In this document: positions 1 through 17,784 of the stretch, piece after piece
How the letters are laid out: each line of letters opens with the position of its first letter
Numbering within the stretch: the first letter of the stretch is position 1
Assembly: GCF_009914755.1 (NCBI RefSeq)
Contig: NC_060936.1
Reading direction: 5' to 3' (one strand)
DNA from: the human T2T-CHM13v2.0 reference genome, Homo sapiens
Length of the DNA: 64,000 bases
Position numbers and translations under genes: made by a program
The notes under the pieces: model-generated
The model's input: the letters and a program-made list of their open reading frames with translations, nothing else
What the model was told of the DNA's origin: nothing
Databases searched by the model: none

Positions 1-295
<295 letters not shown>

Positions 296-1544
296 CTAAT
301 CATCATAAAACTATTGTTGTTAGGATTAGAAAAGGAGGTCTGCAAAATTGCTGAATGTGGCACTGGGCATATAGCTGGCAGTCAATAAGGGATAGCTTGA
401 TCTGAATAAATGTCCAGGCAAGTTGCTATATGAGGAGAGCCTTCTCTGCCTTGAGATACTGTGTCATTCTAAAGGCAGACCAAATGTGTGGATGTTTAGG
501 TACTATCAAGTCGGAGGCACTGTATTTTTTTCTTTTCAAATTATTTGATATTATAGGGGAAAAAATCAGAACTTCTTGGACATTTTTAGACTTGTTTTAC
601 AGTTAAGCATTAACTCTGTGTAGAGGAAAGAGCTCTGTATCATTTTTGATGCTTAGAGCTTCAGCAGGTATTAATGGTCCCTGTCCTTCCTCTTCCTGTG
701 ATTGATCCCTTGGCTACCATGACCAGCTGTCTCCGATCTTCTGCTGGATCAGCTGCCTATCGCCTTGTGCCTTTTCACTGTGGGTTCTTTTGATAGTATT
801 GGGCAGATGGGGTGGCAAGTCTCAAAGTCCCATGGTGGCTGCAGCCATGATCAGAATGTTTCTAAGGGAGCCCCAACTCTGCCACTGAGACGTGTGAGCA
901 GAGCCCATGCTTCTTTTGCATTTATCCTCTCTGTTTTCATTCAGTGCCTCTGCAGACCCTAATGTCCTAGGGCGTGGGGTGGACGGTCCTCCTCAGAGAA
1001 TGGCTCTGAGTAACCTCATCTCTGATGCCAGACAACAGCCACGGGGGATGTCTGAATCCTGATCTCCGCCTCCTCTCCAGACATCGCCTGAGCACACCCT
1101 TCGTCAGGGGAGCAGTCCCTATTTTCCACAGTCTAGGAGGGTGTTGACAAAACCTCTGATTCATTCCTCAGGCAATAGATGAAATCTGTCACCTCAATCA
1201 ACGCAATGCTTGATGACAAGCACAGCATCGAGAGTTCTGTCCTAATATAGGTGAAATTCTATATACATTTTAGGTATCTTTGAGCCTTTTTTCATTGAAC
1301 TTTAATGGAATTAGAAGCACTCCTGCCCTTTTCAAAAAATAGTTATTCTTAATAAGAACATATGAACATATGCTTATTATTCTTAATAACTATTTTTTGA
1401 AAAGGGACAGGAGCATTGCAAACAGGAAAGAAAATAAAGGGATAGCAGAGAAACAGAAATTTTGCATGGCAGTTTTGGAAAAATAAAGGAGATATAGCAG
1501 GAGAAAAAACTCCAGGACTTACAAAGACACTTCCCGCAGAAGGC

Positions 1545-1985
1545 AGGAGACCAGCGGGGAGGCTGCTATGATAATCCAGGAAAGAGACAGGAGACCAGGG
1601 TGGCAGCAGCAGTGGCAGTGATGAGCAGTGGTAAGATTTGAAATCCAACAGCACTGTTCACAGATCAGACATGAGTTGTGATGAAAACAGAGGCGCCAAG
1701 GATGACTCAAACAATTTTGGCCTATGCAACTGAAAGGATGGGATTGCCATTTCCTGAGACAGGAAGGTGGAGCAGGATAGTGGGGACAAGGGAGCATAAA
1801 GAGCTGGGTTTTGTAGGTGTTCAGTTTGAGTTTGAGATGCCCACTTATAGAAATCTGAGTGGAAGTGTTGAGAAGGCAGTCACATATATGAAAATATATA
1901 TCATTCATATGCAGTTTGAGAGAAATAGCCAGCCTTAAGGTATATATTTCAGAACCGCAGCAGAGCATATAGATGGTGTTTAAAC
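1545..1985 (-). mobile_element. L2 LINE fragment
   Basis: Typical antisense L2 motifs (CAAGGATGACTC...TTTTGGCCT...AACTGAAAGGATG...GTTTGAGATGCC). Confidence 0.75.
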
Positions 1986-2022
1986 CTGTCTGTCTGTCTA
2001 TCTATGTATCTATGTATCTATG

Positions 2023-2072
<50 letters not shown>

Positions 2073-2081
2073 ATCTATCTA
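1986..2081. repeat. Compound tetranucleotide STR (TCTG/TGTA/TCTA)
   Basis: Directly visible tandem array. Confidence 0.97.
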
Positions 2082-2389
2082 GAGGGAGAGAGATTACTTT
2101 AAGAAATCCTGGGTGTCTAGACTGGGCAACTGGAGGGATAGTGGCCGCACACCTCTGTTTACCTTTCATCTTGCTTTTCAGAGTGTGTTCTGTTCTGTTT
2201 GGTTTTAATGTTCAGAGAGTTTTGTTTTAGTATTCCAAGTGGCCCTACACCGATCATTTAGTGTACGTTATGTTATGAATGTGTTAGCTCTGAACACCAT
2301 TCCCAGGACCATTCTCTGGTTGGGATAAATAGGGTAGAGGTTGAGCCAAGGGTCAGTTGTACTTTGACTAGCATTCCTCAGCATTTTAA

Positions 2390-2875
2390 AAACAGGGCTA
2401 TTAACATATGGTTCACATACCATGTAATTCACTCAAAGTGTACAGTTTACGGTTTTTTGTATATTCAGACTGTGCAAACATTCCCACAGTCAATTTTAGA
2501 ACACTTCCATAATCTCCAAAAGAAACCCAATGGCCTTTAACTATCACTCCCTATCCCCTACCCTGCCCTCAGCCACAGGCAACCATTAGTCTACTCTCTG
2601 CCTCATGGAGTTTCCTGTTCTGGACATTCCATAGAAAGGGAATCATGCAACACGTGGTACTTTGTGACTGTTTCTTTCACCCACGTGTTTTCACATTCTT
2701 TCATGTCAGAGCAGGTATTATTACTTCAACCGTTTCTTACAGCTGAATATTCCAATGTATGGATGTATCACATTTTATTGATCCACTCATCATGTGGTGG
2801 ACATTTTGGCTTTTGTATGGTAATGCTGCTGTCAACGTGGTGTATGAGTTTTTGTGTGGACATATCCCTCAGTGT
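2390..2875 (-). mobile_element. Old L1 3' end (L1MB-like)
   Basis: AATTCACTCAAAGTGTACAG...CAATTTTAGAACA...AGGCAACCATTAGTCTACT...TTCTGGACATT. Confidence 0.8.
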
Positions 2876-3599
2876 GTTTAGAATCTGCCTGAAAACCCTG
2901 ACCACGTCAGGGGCAGAATAAGCAGAAGGGTATTGGATGTTGTCCAATAACCTCACATTTACCTTGTGAAGGAAAGGAGTTTCAGTTCAGCATAGGAACC
3001 ACAATCTCTTGTTTGTTTTACCAGAAAGACATTCTTCGTTTCACTCCTACTCTGTACCCACCATTTTCTCTCAGCTGCTAAGAAAAAGGAAGAAGACAGG
3101 GCAAAATTCAAGAACCTACATAATTTAACCATCGCAAATATTCAACCTAAACCTCCCTCTAAACACTGAACTCTTCACTCACTCCCATTTATACCTTCCA
3201 TATCGTATTAATGCTCCCCTTTCTCCCGGATGCTTATGAGTATTTCAGATAAGTGTAACTGATCACCTAATCTTTCTGCTTCCTCCTCCCCTGCTAGAGA
3301 CTTGGCCACCTGCCAATCACAGCAGAGCACCTTAATTCCTTCAGCACATGCTCAAGGGGTCACCTGTGTGTGCAGCTCCAGGCATAACTCTGCTGCCAAA
3401 GCAAAAAGAGCACAGCTGCTTCTCAGCTTTCCAGGCCATCGGGAGGGGGCTAATGACAACTGGGCCTCTAAGATGCTCTTTGGGAGTCTACACTTGATAA
3501 CCTTTGGGGAGTCATGCAAACAGCTTGACTTAGGCCATCCCATGTGTCCCAATAACACTGTCTCATGTGAATTAAATAGTTTGTTTTTTAAAATTCTCT

Positions 3600-3712
3600 C
3601 TCACTAAAGTGTCATCTTCTTGTGGGCAAGGACTGTGTCTTGTTCATCCTTGCAGCCTCAACACTGTGTCTGGCATCCATGGACAATTCATTTTGCTCAA
3701 TTGAACTGAATG
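3600..3712 (+). mobile_element. L2 3' end
   Basis: GGGCAAGGACTGTGTCTTGTTCATC...GTGTCTGGCA...TTGAACTGAATG. Confidence 0.6.
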
Positions 3713-3739
3713 CTCAAGATCCTCAAGAAAGGAAGAAGA

Positions 3740-3975
3740 GAAATTACATTTACAAAGCACCTATTGTGTGCCAATCACTATAGTAGGCCACTTTATGTTT
3801 TATTAAACTAAATCCCTTGAGCTAGAGTCAGCTGCAAGGGAAGATGATGACCACTATTTTACTGATGAAGAAACTAGACTCCCTCCCTCAGAGGTTGAGG
3901 AGTGTGCTAGAAGTCACACAACCACCAAATGGCAATATTAAATTCAAACCTGGTGACTCCAAAGGCTATACTCTC
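3740..3975 (-). mobile_element. MIR SINE
   Basis: CACCTATTGTGTGCCA...ATTTTACTGATGAAGAAACT...GTCACACAACC. Confidence 0.65.
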
Positions 3976-4359
3976 CACATCATAACAGAGCCTCCAAGTC
4001 TGGTTGTAAGAAAGCATCAGATAGCAGGCATCCATTTCTTCATGCGTTCTTCAGTTCATGTAGGTAAGTACTGAGTGTTAATTATGCATTACATACTGTG
4101 CTAAGTTCTAGAAGCACAAAAATAAATAAGACATGGCTCAGTCTAGGAAGGAAGATAAGTGAAAATCATAATTAATTAAATCAGAATGTCAGGTATGGCA
4201 CTGTAAAAGATCTGATAGGAGAACCGCCAACCTCAGCTTCTGGGCCACAGGAACTGCCACCAAAAATTAGTGCCAAAAATTAGTGCCAGGAGAGTGTCTC
4301 TGGGACCTACAGGAGTCAGCCAGGTGAGTCAGAGGCGTAGAGTAAAGGGATGGGCTTAG

Positions 4360-4760
4360 AGCCTCATTGGTAACATGGGGACAATGATACTCTCTACCCC
4401 ATAGGATTTTTGTGAGGATTAAATGAGTTAATTCAAGAGCATAAAATAGTGCCTGACACACAATATGTTCTCAGTGTATTGTAGCAGCTGTTATCATTAT
4501 TTATCTTAGATGAGCCAATAATTTGATGAAAAGTATCATAGAACTATTCAGAATAAAGCAGAGATGAGAACATGACTCCAGAATGCATTTGCCCAGAATC
4601 CTGAATCCTGAATCCTCCTGACTTGCTGGCTGTCTGACTTGAGCTGTTGAACCGTTCTGGCCTCCAGTTTCTCCTCTGTACCTTCTCAGGGTCGTTGTAA
4701 GGACTGAGATAAAACAGGTCATATGCTTAGATCAGCACTTGGCATACAGTAAATACCATC
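4360..4760 (+). mobile_element. Two adjacent MIR fragments
   Basis: CATAGGATTTTTGTGAGGATTAAATGAGTTAAT and CAGTTTCTCCTCTGTA...GGGTCGTTGTAAGGACTGA. Confidence 0.7.
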
Positions 4761-7603
4761 AGCTTGTGGGCTGTTGCAAGGTGCTGTGGAAACACCGAGA
4801 AGGGTTACATGAACTAGACTGTCAGGGAAAGCTTCCCCCAGGAGCCAAAGCTTGCCTGGGTATGGAAAGTGCCACAAGGTGAGCCAAACCTCACCTGGGT
4901 GTGGAAAGTTAACGGGTAGGTTAACCAGTCTTGGGAAGCAAGGACAGTAGCCTGGTCAGAATGACACTCTTAAAACTCAGAAATGTGGGGTGGCTCAGTG
5001 AGTCCTGAGAACTGGAAGCAGCTGAAAGATGTTAGAACATAGACGGTGGTGGCCATGGTGTCAGCAGGTCTGGAGAATGGGGGTGCATATTGCAGAGTAA
5101 GCAAAACAGTTGGAACTCTATGCTGGAAACTGCCTGGCTCTGTATCACGCATCTGAAGAGGGTGCTCTCAACTTCTTCCTTAGTGGGAATTCCCCAGAAC
5201 ATTACTAGTATGCTGTTGTTTGCTAACACATGCCATCCATCTTGAGTTGCACCATTGTTATTTTCCGTCTATTTCTAAGTCTCTGAGATGGGGGTGCATC
5301 TTCCCATTGATGTTGGTATAATTCCTGCCCACCTGGACTGAAGGTGAGGTCTTCCAGAGAGGGTTTGCCTCAGCTTTGGCCAGTCATCAAGGACACTATT
5401 TTAAGTTCTCTGGTTAGGGGTTTTGGAGTTACACTGGCAGTGTCAATTCCAACAACAAAGCTGCATGAACAGCTTGTAGTTCAAATCCTCCAGGGAGATT
5501 TGCTCCTTCCCCCATCAGCAAGGTTCAGACATACAAACAAGTTTTCTTGCTATCTTTTCTTTGTAAGTTGTGTTCATTTCTCATTTAAACTTGCACTGAA
5601 GAATAGCTGCTTCCTATCCCAGCTTTATATAGGGCTTCCTATTAGACTACCCATTTGGAGCATATTTTTTCTTTCTTATTAGTTACTTTTGTGTCATAAT
5701 CAATAGCACTTCAGGTTCAGTGGAAAAGAGTACTTAATTCCATGAATGGATGGTCTCCTTAATACCTACTGATCTCCAAAAGGAAAGTCGATGCTGAGGT
5801 GATGTTTATTTAGTGTGTGTGAATCTATCCTTTACCCATGCGATACAGGATGTAGTCCTAAACACAGAAGCCACTCTACGTATTCCAGACATAAAGCATT
5901 TAGCATAGAACTGACAGTTTTCATGGAAAAGCTGAGGATGCAGAGGTAAGGGCAGGTGCTTGCTGGAGACCAGGGTTGATGATCATGGTGATCTTAGCCA
6001 GGACACCAGAGCAGGATGCTCTCAAATGCTTGTGGAAATGGCTGCAATTCTCAAGAATCTTAGAGACGCTTCATCAACTGCCTCAATCTGCTGAGGCAAA
6101 GCAGGTGGTTCGTAGAGTTCTTTAGGAGCCACTGGGAATCTCCCTTCTGCTTCCACATCTGTCTGCAACCACCTCTGGAAAATAATAATGGTTTCTGCAT
6201 TCCAAATCTCCAGTGCGTTTCTTTCACTGGCAAATTCTAACCTGGATCCACGCTGGGAAGAAAATTCACAAAACCTGGTTGCCAGACTTAGAGTGGCAGC
6301 AGTGCCAAGTTGACAACGGATCAACCAACACACAGGGGAACCAATGCCTTTTTCCAAGAGCAGTTTATTACTATACTTTTTTTTTTTAAAGACCACTGGT
6401 GAAGAGGAACAGGGGGTGTGTGACATTTAAAGACTCCAACAACCACATTTCTCCCATTTCAATTTTTGGCTCTTGTACCATCAATGATAGTTAATAGGGA
6501 CCCACGGGGTCTGATTTAATGCTAATGAATTATAAAATTCATCTGTGTATTGTCCATAAAAGCAAAATTCTGAGATTCTCCAAGATGTATTAAAGTCTCT
6601 CACCTTTGGGCTTAGTCCCCAGCTGGCATGTGAGGGGTTGCGTGAGGAGGTGGGAAAGGGGACAGAGAAGGGTGCTGATACTGGGACCTCACATGGCCCT
6701 TGAGTGACCAACAGGCAAACATCGGCAGTGTCTCAGCATCTCCCTTCAATCAGCATTCATAAAGCAATCTCTATGTAAACAGGTTCGTGTTAGTCTCTTA
6801 AAGGATAGAGGAACGACATGACCACATGACCTTGACTTTCTGAGAATTCGTAATTGACTTGGGCAGGTATATGAAGCAGCCCTGTCTCCATCTCCTGTCT
6901 CTTTTTCGAGGAGGATGCTCCTGGAAATCTGGGCCAGCCACAGAACCCTGTTTGTGCTGCGGACGCTGTGTGGAGACGTTTTGCAATGCCCGAGGGAGGC
7001 TGGCACACCAGGGATGCAGAGACAGTCAGCCGGAGCCCAATGAGAGCTGGCAAGTTTCTCCTGCCCCAGGCAGGAAACTCTGCACTATTTAGAAGTGTCA
7101 GAGCAACCCCTGAAAATGTTAACCAGATTGCACACACAACACAGAAGGAGGGAGGGGGAATACGACTGATCAGAAACACCTCCTTTTTTTTTGGAAATGT
7201 ATAATAGTTAACTGTTGTAATTCCTTTATACCATGTGTTGGACAACTTAGCTAATATGTTAATTGATTTATACAATTTCTTTCAATTTTCAAATGGAATC
7301 TTATGTAAGAAACACCTCATAATAAGACAGCTGTAATGTCCTATTGCAAAAGCAGCTGGTCCCTGCCATGTTCAGGCATCAATGTATTTCACATCATTTT
7401 AAGACCATAGAGGTAATCTGTACTAAGCCACACTTATTATTTTTCTTTGGCATTTATTTTAGTCAGTTGGAGTTTTTTGACAATTACATTTAATTTGGAT
7501 ATTTATGAATAAGAGTTCAAAGAAACAAACTCTGCTACTTTTCTGCCTGCCTACCTGTTTTCTTAAGCACTTGTAGAAATAAATGACCAAATTACTCCTA
7601 TAG

Positions 7604-7874
7604 GTGGAGTTCGGCAAGCTACATCCTTTGGGTCAAATCTGGTTTGCTACCTGTTCTGTAAATAAAGTCTTATTTACAAATAAGACTTCACTTGTAAATA
7701 AAGTCTTATTTACAAGCCATGCTTATTCATAAGCCATGCTTATTCATTTGCATATTGTCGATAACTACTTGCATGCTAAGTTGTGCAGTTGGAAAAGAGA
7801 CTTGTATGGCCTACAAAACTTAAATATATTCACTATGTAACCGTTTCAAGAAAAAAAAAGCTTTCCAGACACTG
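7604..7874 (+). mobile_element. MER58A (hAT-Charlie) with internal rearrangement
   Basis: TCGGCAAGCTAC...CAAATCTGG...TGTAAATAAAGT...AGAGACTTGTATGGCCTACAAAACTTAAATATATTCACTAT. Confidence 0.8.
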
Positions 7875-8689
7875 CTGTTTAAGAATATAATTTCTTGGTG
7901 TAATAATTCCAGTTCAAAACAAATTTCCCTTTTAAATGTTACCTTCCTAATCCCTCACTCTTCCTTGGCAAAAAGCATCTTTTGACATTGATTTTGACCA
8001 GACTTGGGTTCTAATCCCAAACTTTCACAGACATCTAACAACAGCCAAACAGAATTAAAAATAAATTTTATGCATAGACTCCACAATGCTGCTTCCTCCA
8101 ATGCATGCAAGGTATTAAGAGTTAAACATGTTGAATTTTAACAGAAATTCACAAGGAGGGGAATCAGAGCAGTTCTAAACCAAAATCATGGTAGCAACAC
8201 CACATGTAAATCTCATGAACGTCACCTAGTCAGGGCAGTGAGAATGCATTTCACGATAGGGAACATGGCTCCAAGTTATAATTAAGCTAATTGATCATTT
8301 CAAATGTTTAGTCTTCCCTGCTTGATAAAACCAATAATGGGAGAGCTTATCAAGCAGATGTGTAAGTTAATCATAAACTTCTTCTGGCTTCCCATTTCCC
8401 AAGGACCAAGTGTATCTTTCTCTTTGAGTACAGCAGGCCTGTGTGATTCCAGTCTGCAGTCCTATTGTGCAGCTCTCTTCTGAGAACACAAGAGCATATA
8501 ATGCCCTTCTGCTCAAAGGTCAGCTCAGTGCTGTCTCGTAGACAATGGCACCAAAAGGTATTTTGTTCAAGCATGGTAGATGGATGATTTCCCCACATGT
8601 ACTGGGCTCTCCTGTTTCTCTGACCCCATTTTCCACCTTTCTGACTCTGGTCCCCTGCTTTCTACTTTCTTCCTAAATATCAACTTGGC

Positions 8690-9050
8690 TCCCTAACCTG
8701 CCTCAGGTATCTGCTTAAATGTCCCCTTAACACAGAAGTCTTCCTTGATGGCAGTTTCTAACAGAGAACACTGGCCCTTTACAGGCAAAAAGCTTTTCCA
8801 ACCCCTGCTGTTTAGGAACATAACCTCTCCCAACACTCTCTATTCTCCTTAAATGCCTTTTATATTTTTCATAGCTTGTATTGCCATCTGGCATGTTATA
8901 TGCTTATTCATTTGTTTTCTGCTGCTTGTTTCCTCCATTGAGGGCAGACACTTTGACACTTAGATTTATTGACTGATGAATAACCTGCTTCCAGATCATC
9001 TACCTGTCATATAGTAGGTATTTGGTAAAAGTTTTTGAAAGGATAAATGT
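8690..9050 (+). mobile_element. L2a 3' end, interrupted by a ~53-bp insert at 8771-8823
   Basis: TCTGCTTAAATGTCCCCTT...TTTTCATAGC...GAGGGCAG...CATATAGTAGGT. Confidence 0.7.
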
Positions 9051-9189
9051 GCGTTTCTATATGTAATGAAGTTCGCTTTTCATTTAGAAGGGGGGAAACA
9101 AAAGAGGTCTTTTGTCTTATGCTTATTAAGCCTTCCGTTCTATTAGTGGCAGTGCAATGAGGTCATTGAGAAAACATATTTTATTCACA

Positions 9190-9360
9190 AACAGACCCGA
9201 GTTCAAGTCTTGACTCTGCTATTTAACAACTACGTCTGTAACTTAACTTCTCCAACCCTCAATTTCTTAACCTGTAAAATGAGTATAATAGTACTTATTT
9301 CATAGATTTGTTGGGATTACATGAGACGATAAATATAAACTATTTACTGTGACATATAAT
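9190..9360 (+). mobile_element. MIR SINE
   Basis: GAGTTCAAGTCTTGACTCTGCTATTTA...CCTCAATTTCTTAACCTGTAAAATGAG. Confidence 0.75.
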
Positions 9361-9381
9361 TTGTATTTTAAAACATTATCT

Positions 9382-10350
<969 letters not shown>

Positions 10351-10599
10351 TTATTTTCGTTATTTCACAGAATTCAATAATGTACAAATTTCAGTTCAAG
10401 TTGACTGTCACCTGATTCCTGAATCTGGACTGATATTGGATAATGAACTGCTGAAACAGAACCTTTACTGTGATTTCAGGAAAAATGTTTAACATGATTA
10501 TATGATAGATTGAAAGTGAAGTTATTAAAGGATAGAAGAAAACTGAAAATGAGTTCAATTGAGGGGTCATGTGTTTGGTATTTGTGCTCTATGTAAACC

Positions 10600-11235
10600 T
10601 TTCAAAGTGTATTTAGTCAAATTAATCTGTCTTTTCCTTTATGACTTTTAGATTTTGTACCATAGAAAAAAAGGCTTTACCCACTCAAACATCGTAAGTA
10701 CATTAACACAGTATTTTCTTCTAAAACTGTTATGGCTAATTTTTTACATTTACATCTTAGATATGTCTAGAATTTATTTTGATATATGATTTTTTTTTGA
10801 AATAGCTCTCCATGTGTCTGTAATGAAATAATTCACTTTCCCAATACTGCAGTGTTGATAATTTATACTATCATTAATACTGTTAAATAGCTAGTAGAGT
10901 TAATCTTTTTCTTTTAGAGTTTTTCAGAAATTTCATGATTTTTCTCAGATGTTAATTTCAGTTGTAAACAAGCCTTTTGATAGTTTGTTCACTATCAAAG
11001 TTTATTAAAAATTTTCTTATCATTACAATATTGAATCTTTCTATGAACAAGATAACTACTTCTTTTTATTTGGCTACTTTTATGCCCTTTGGTCAAATTT
11101 TAAAGTTCTAAAAACATATATGTTATTAAGTTTGTTCTTAGACATTTTATAATGTTTTCAGATATTATTATAAATGAGGCATTGTCTTCCATTATATTTT
11201 TATAGCAGGTTATTATTTGACATAGAAAAACTTTT
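10600..11235 (-). mobile_element. Old L1M ORF2 fragment (host of the L1PA insertion)
   Basis: Degenerate antisense L1 ORF2 (TTTTTACATTTACATCTT...TCTAGAATTTATTTTGATATATGA); resumes after 17719. Confidence 0.7.
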
Positions 11236-11460
11236 ATAAATTTTTTTCTTTTTTATTATTATACTTTAAGTTCTGGGGTACATGTGCAGAAAGTGCAGGT
11301 TTGTTACATAGGTATACACGTGCCATGGTGGTTTCCTGCACCCATCAACCCATCATCTACATTAGGTATTTCTCCTAATGCTATCTCTCCCCTAGCCCCC
11401 CACCCCCGACAGGCCCCAGTGTGTGATGTTCCCCTCCCTCTGTCCATGTGTTCTCCTTGT

Positions 11461-15273
<3,813 letters not shown>

Positions 15274-15332
15274 TATGATGCTAGCTGTTTTGCCCGTTAG
15301 TTGATGCAGTTTCTTCATAGTGTTGATGGTCT

Positions 15333-16364
15333 TTACAATGTGGTATGTTTTCGCAGTGGCTGGTACCGGTTGTTTCTTTCCATGTTTAGTGCTTCCTTCA
15401 GGAGCTCTTATAAAGCAGGGCGGGTGGTGACAAAATCTCTCAGCATTTGCTTGTCTGGAAAGGATTTTATTTTTCCTTTGCTTATGAAGCTTAGTTTGGC
15501 TGGATATGAAATTCTGGGTTGAAAACTCTTTTCTTTATGAATGTTGAATATTGGCCCCCACTCTCTTCCGGCTTGTAGAGTTCTTGCTGAGAGATCTGCT
15601 GTTGCTCTGATGGGCTTCCCTTTGTGGGTAACCCAACCTTTCTCTCTGGCTGCACTTAACCTTTTATGCTTCATTTCAAACGTGGTGAATCTGACGATTG
15701 TGTGTCTTGGGGTTGTTCTTCTCAAGGAGTGTCTTTGTGGTGTTCTCTGTATTTCCTGAATTTGAATGTTGGCCTGCCTTGCTGGGTTGGGGAAGTTCTC
15801 CTGGATAATATCCCGAAGAGTGTTTTCCAACTCAGTTCCATTCTTCCCGTCACTTTCAGTTCCACCAATCATAGACCAAACATAGATTTGGTCTTTTCAC
15901 ATAGTCCCATATTTCTTGAAGGCTTTGTTTGTTTCTTTTCATTTTTTTTCTCTAATCTTGTCTTTTTACTTTCTTTCATTAAGTTGATCTTCAATCTCTG
16001 ATATCCTTTCTTCTGCTTGATCGATTCGGCTATTGATACTTGTGGATGCTTCACAAAGTTCTTGTGCTGTGTTTTTCAGCTCCATCAGGTCATTTATGTT
16101 CTTCTCTAAACTGGTCATTCTAGTCAGCAATTCCTCTAACCTTTCTTCAAGGTTCTTGGCTTCCTTGCATTGAGTTATAACATGCTCCTTTAGCTCAGAG
16201 GAGTTTGTTATTACCCATCTTCTGAAGCCTACTTCTGTCAATTCGTCAAACTCATTCTCCATCCAGGTTTGTTCCCTTGTTCGCGAGGAGTTGTGATTCT
16301 TTGGAGGAGAAGAGGCATTCTGGTTTTTGGAATTTTCAGCATTTTTGCGCTGGTTTCTCCCCAT
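15333..16364 (-). pseudogene. L1 ORF1p remnant (frameshifted)
   Basis: MGRNQRKNAENSKNQNASSPP... coiled-coil part and ...QPRISYPAKLSF... lie in separate broken frames. Confidence 0.93.
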
Positions 16365-17784
16365 CTTCATGGATTTATCTACCTTTGGTCTTTGATGTTG
16401 GTGACCTTCGGATAGGGCCTCTGAGTGGATGTCCCTTTTGTTGATGTTGATGCTATTCCTTTCTGTTTGTTAGTTTTCCTTCTAACAGTCAGGCCCCTCT
16501 GCTGCAGGTCTGCTGGAGTTTGCTGGAGGTCCACTCCAGACCCTGTTTGCCTAGGTATCACCAGCAGAGGCTGCAGAACAGCAAAGATTGCTGCCAGTTC
16601 CTTCCTCTGGAAGCTTCATCCCAGAGGGGTGCCTGCCAGGTGCTAGTGAGAGCTCTCCTGTATGAGGTGTCTGTCGGCCCATACTGGGAGGTGTCTCCCA
16701 GTCAGGATACATGGGGGCCAGGGAACCACTTGAGGAGTCAGTCTGACCCTTAGCAGAGCTTGAGCGCTGTGCTGGGAGATCTGCTCTCTTCTTAGCCATC
16801 AGGCAGGGACGTTTAAGTCTGCTGAAGCTGCACCCACAGCCGCCCCTTCCCCCAGGTACTCTGTCCCAGGGAGATGGGGGTTTTATCTGTAAGTCCCTGA
16901 CTGGTGCTGCTGCCTTTTTTTCAGAGATGCCCTGCCCAGAGAGGAGGAATCTAGAGAGACAGTCTGGCCACAGTGGCCTTGCTGAGCTGCAATGGGCTCC
17001 ACCCAGTTTGAACTTCCTGGAGGCTTTGTTTACACTGTGAGGGTAAAACTGCCTGCTCAAGCCTCCTCAGTGGCGGACGCCCCTCCTCCCAGCAAACTCT
17101 AGCGTCCTAGGTTGACCTCAGACTGCTGTGCTGGCAGCCAGAATTTCAAGCCAGTGAATCTTAGCTTGCTGGTCTCCATGGGGGTGGGACCCACTGAGCC
17201 AGACCGCTTGGCTCCCTGGCTTCAGCCCCCTCTCCAGGGGAAAGAATGATTCTGTCTTGCTGGCATTCCAGGTGGCACTAGGGTATGAAAAAAAAAAAAA
17301 AAAAAAAACTCCTGCAGCTAGCTCAGTGTCTGCCCATATGGCGGCCAAGTTTTGTGCTTGAAACCCAGGGCCCTGGTGGCATAGGCCCTGGAAGGAATCT
17401 CCTGGTCTGCGGGTTGTGAAGACCATGGGAAAAGCGCAGTATCTGGGCCAGAGTGCACCATTCCTCATGGCAAAGTCCCTCAGGGCTTCCCTTGGCTGGG
17501 GGTGGGGGGAATCCCCCTACCCCTTGTGCTTCCCAGATGAGGCAATGCCCCACCCTGCTTTGGCTCGCTCTCCATGGGCTGCACCCACTGTCCAACCAGT
17601 CCCAATGAGAAGAACTTGCTACCTCTCTTGGAAATGCAGAAATCACCTGCCTTCTGTATCGATCTCGCTGGGACCTGCAGACCTGAGCTGTTCCTATTCG
17701 GCCATGTTGCCAGCAAATATAGAAAAACTTTTGATAAGCTTACTAAGTTCTCTTTTTGCCAATAATATACTTCTTTTCATTTAT

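Noticed and set aside
5240-5620. Possible Kanga/MER104-type (Tc2) DNA transposon relic
   Set aside because: Only a ~40-bp resemblance (TCTCTGAGATGGGGGTGCATCTT...ATTGATG) from memory; boundaries cannot be supported.
6022-6426. 134-aa minus-strand ORF
   Set aside because: Crosses a T homopolymer and resembles no protein I recognise; kept only as a possible non-coding exon.
10976-10999. 9-bp hairpin TTTGATAGT/ACTATCAAA
   Set aside because: Short AT-rich stem in a heavily decayed L1M; cannot be distinguished from chance.
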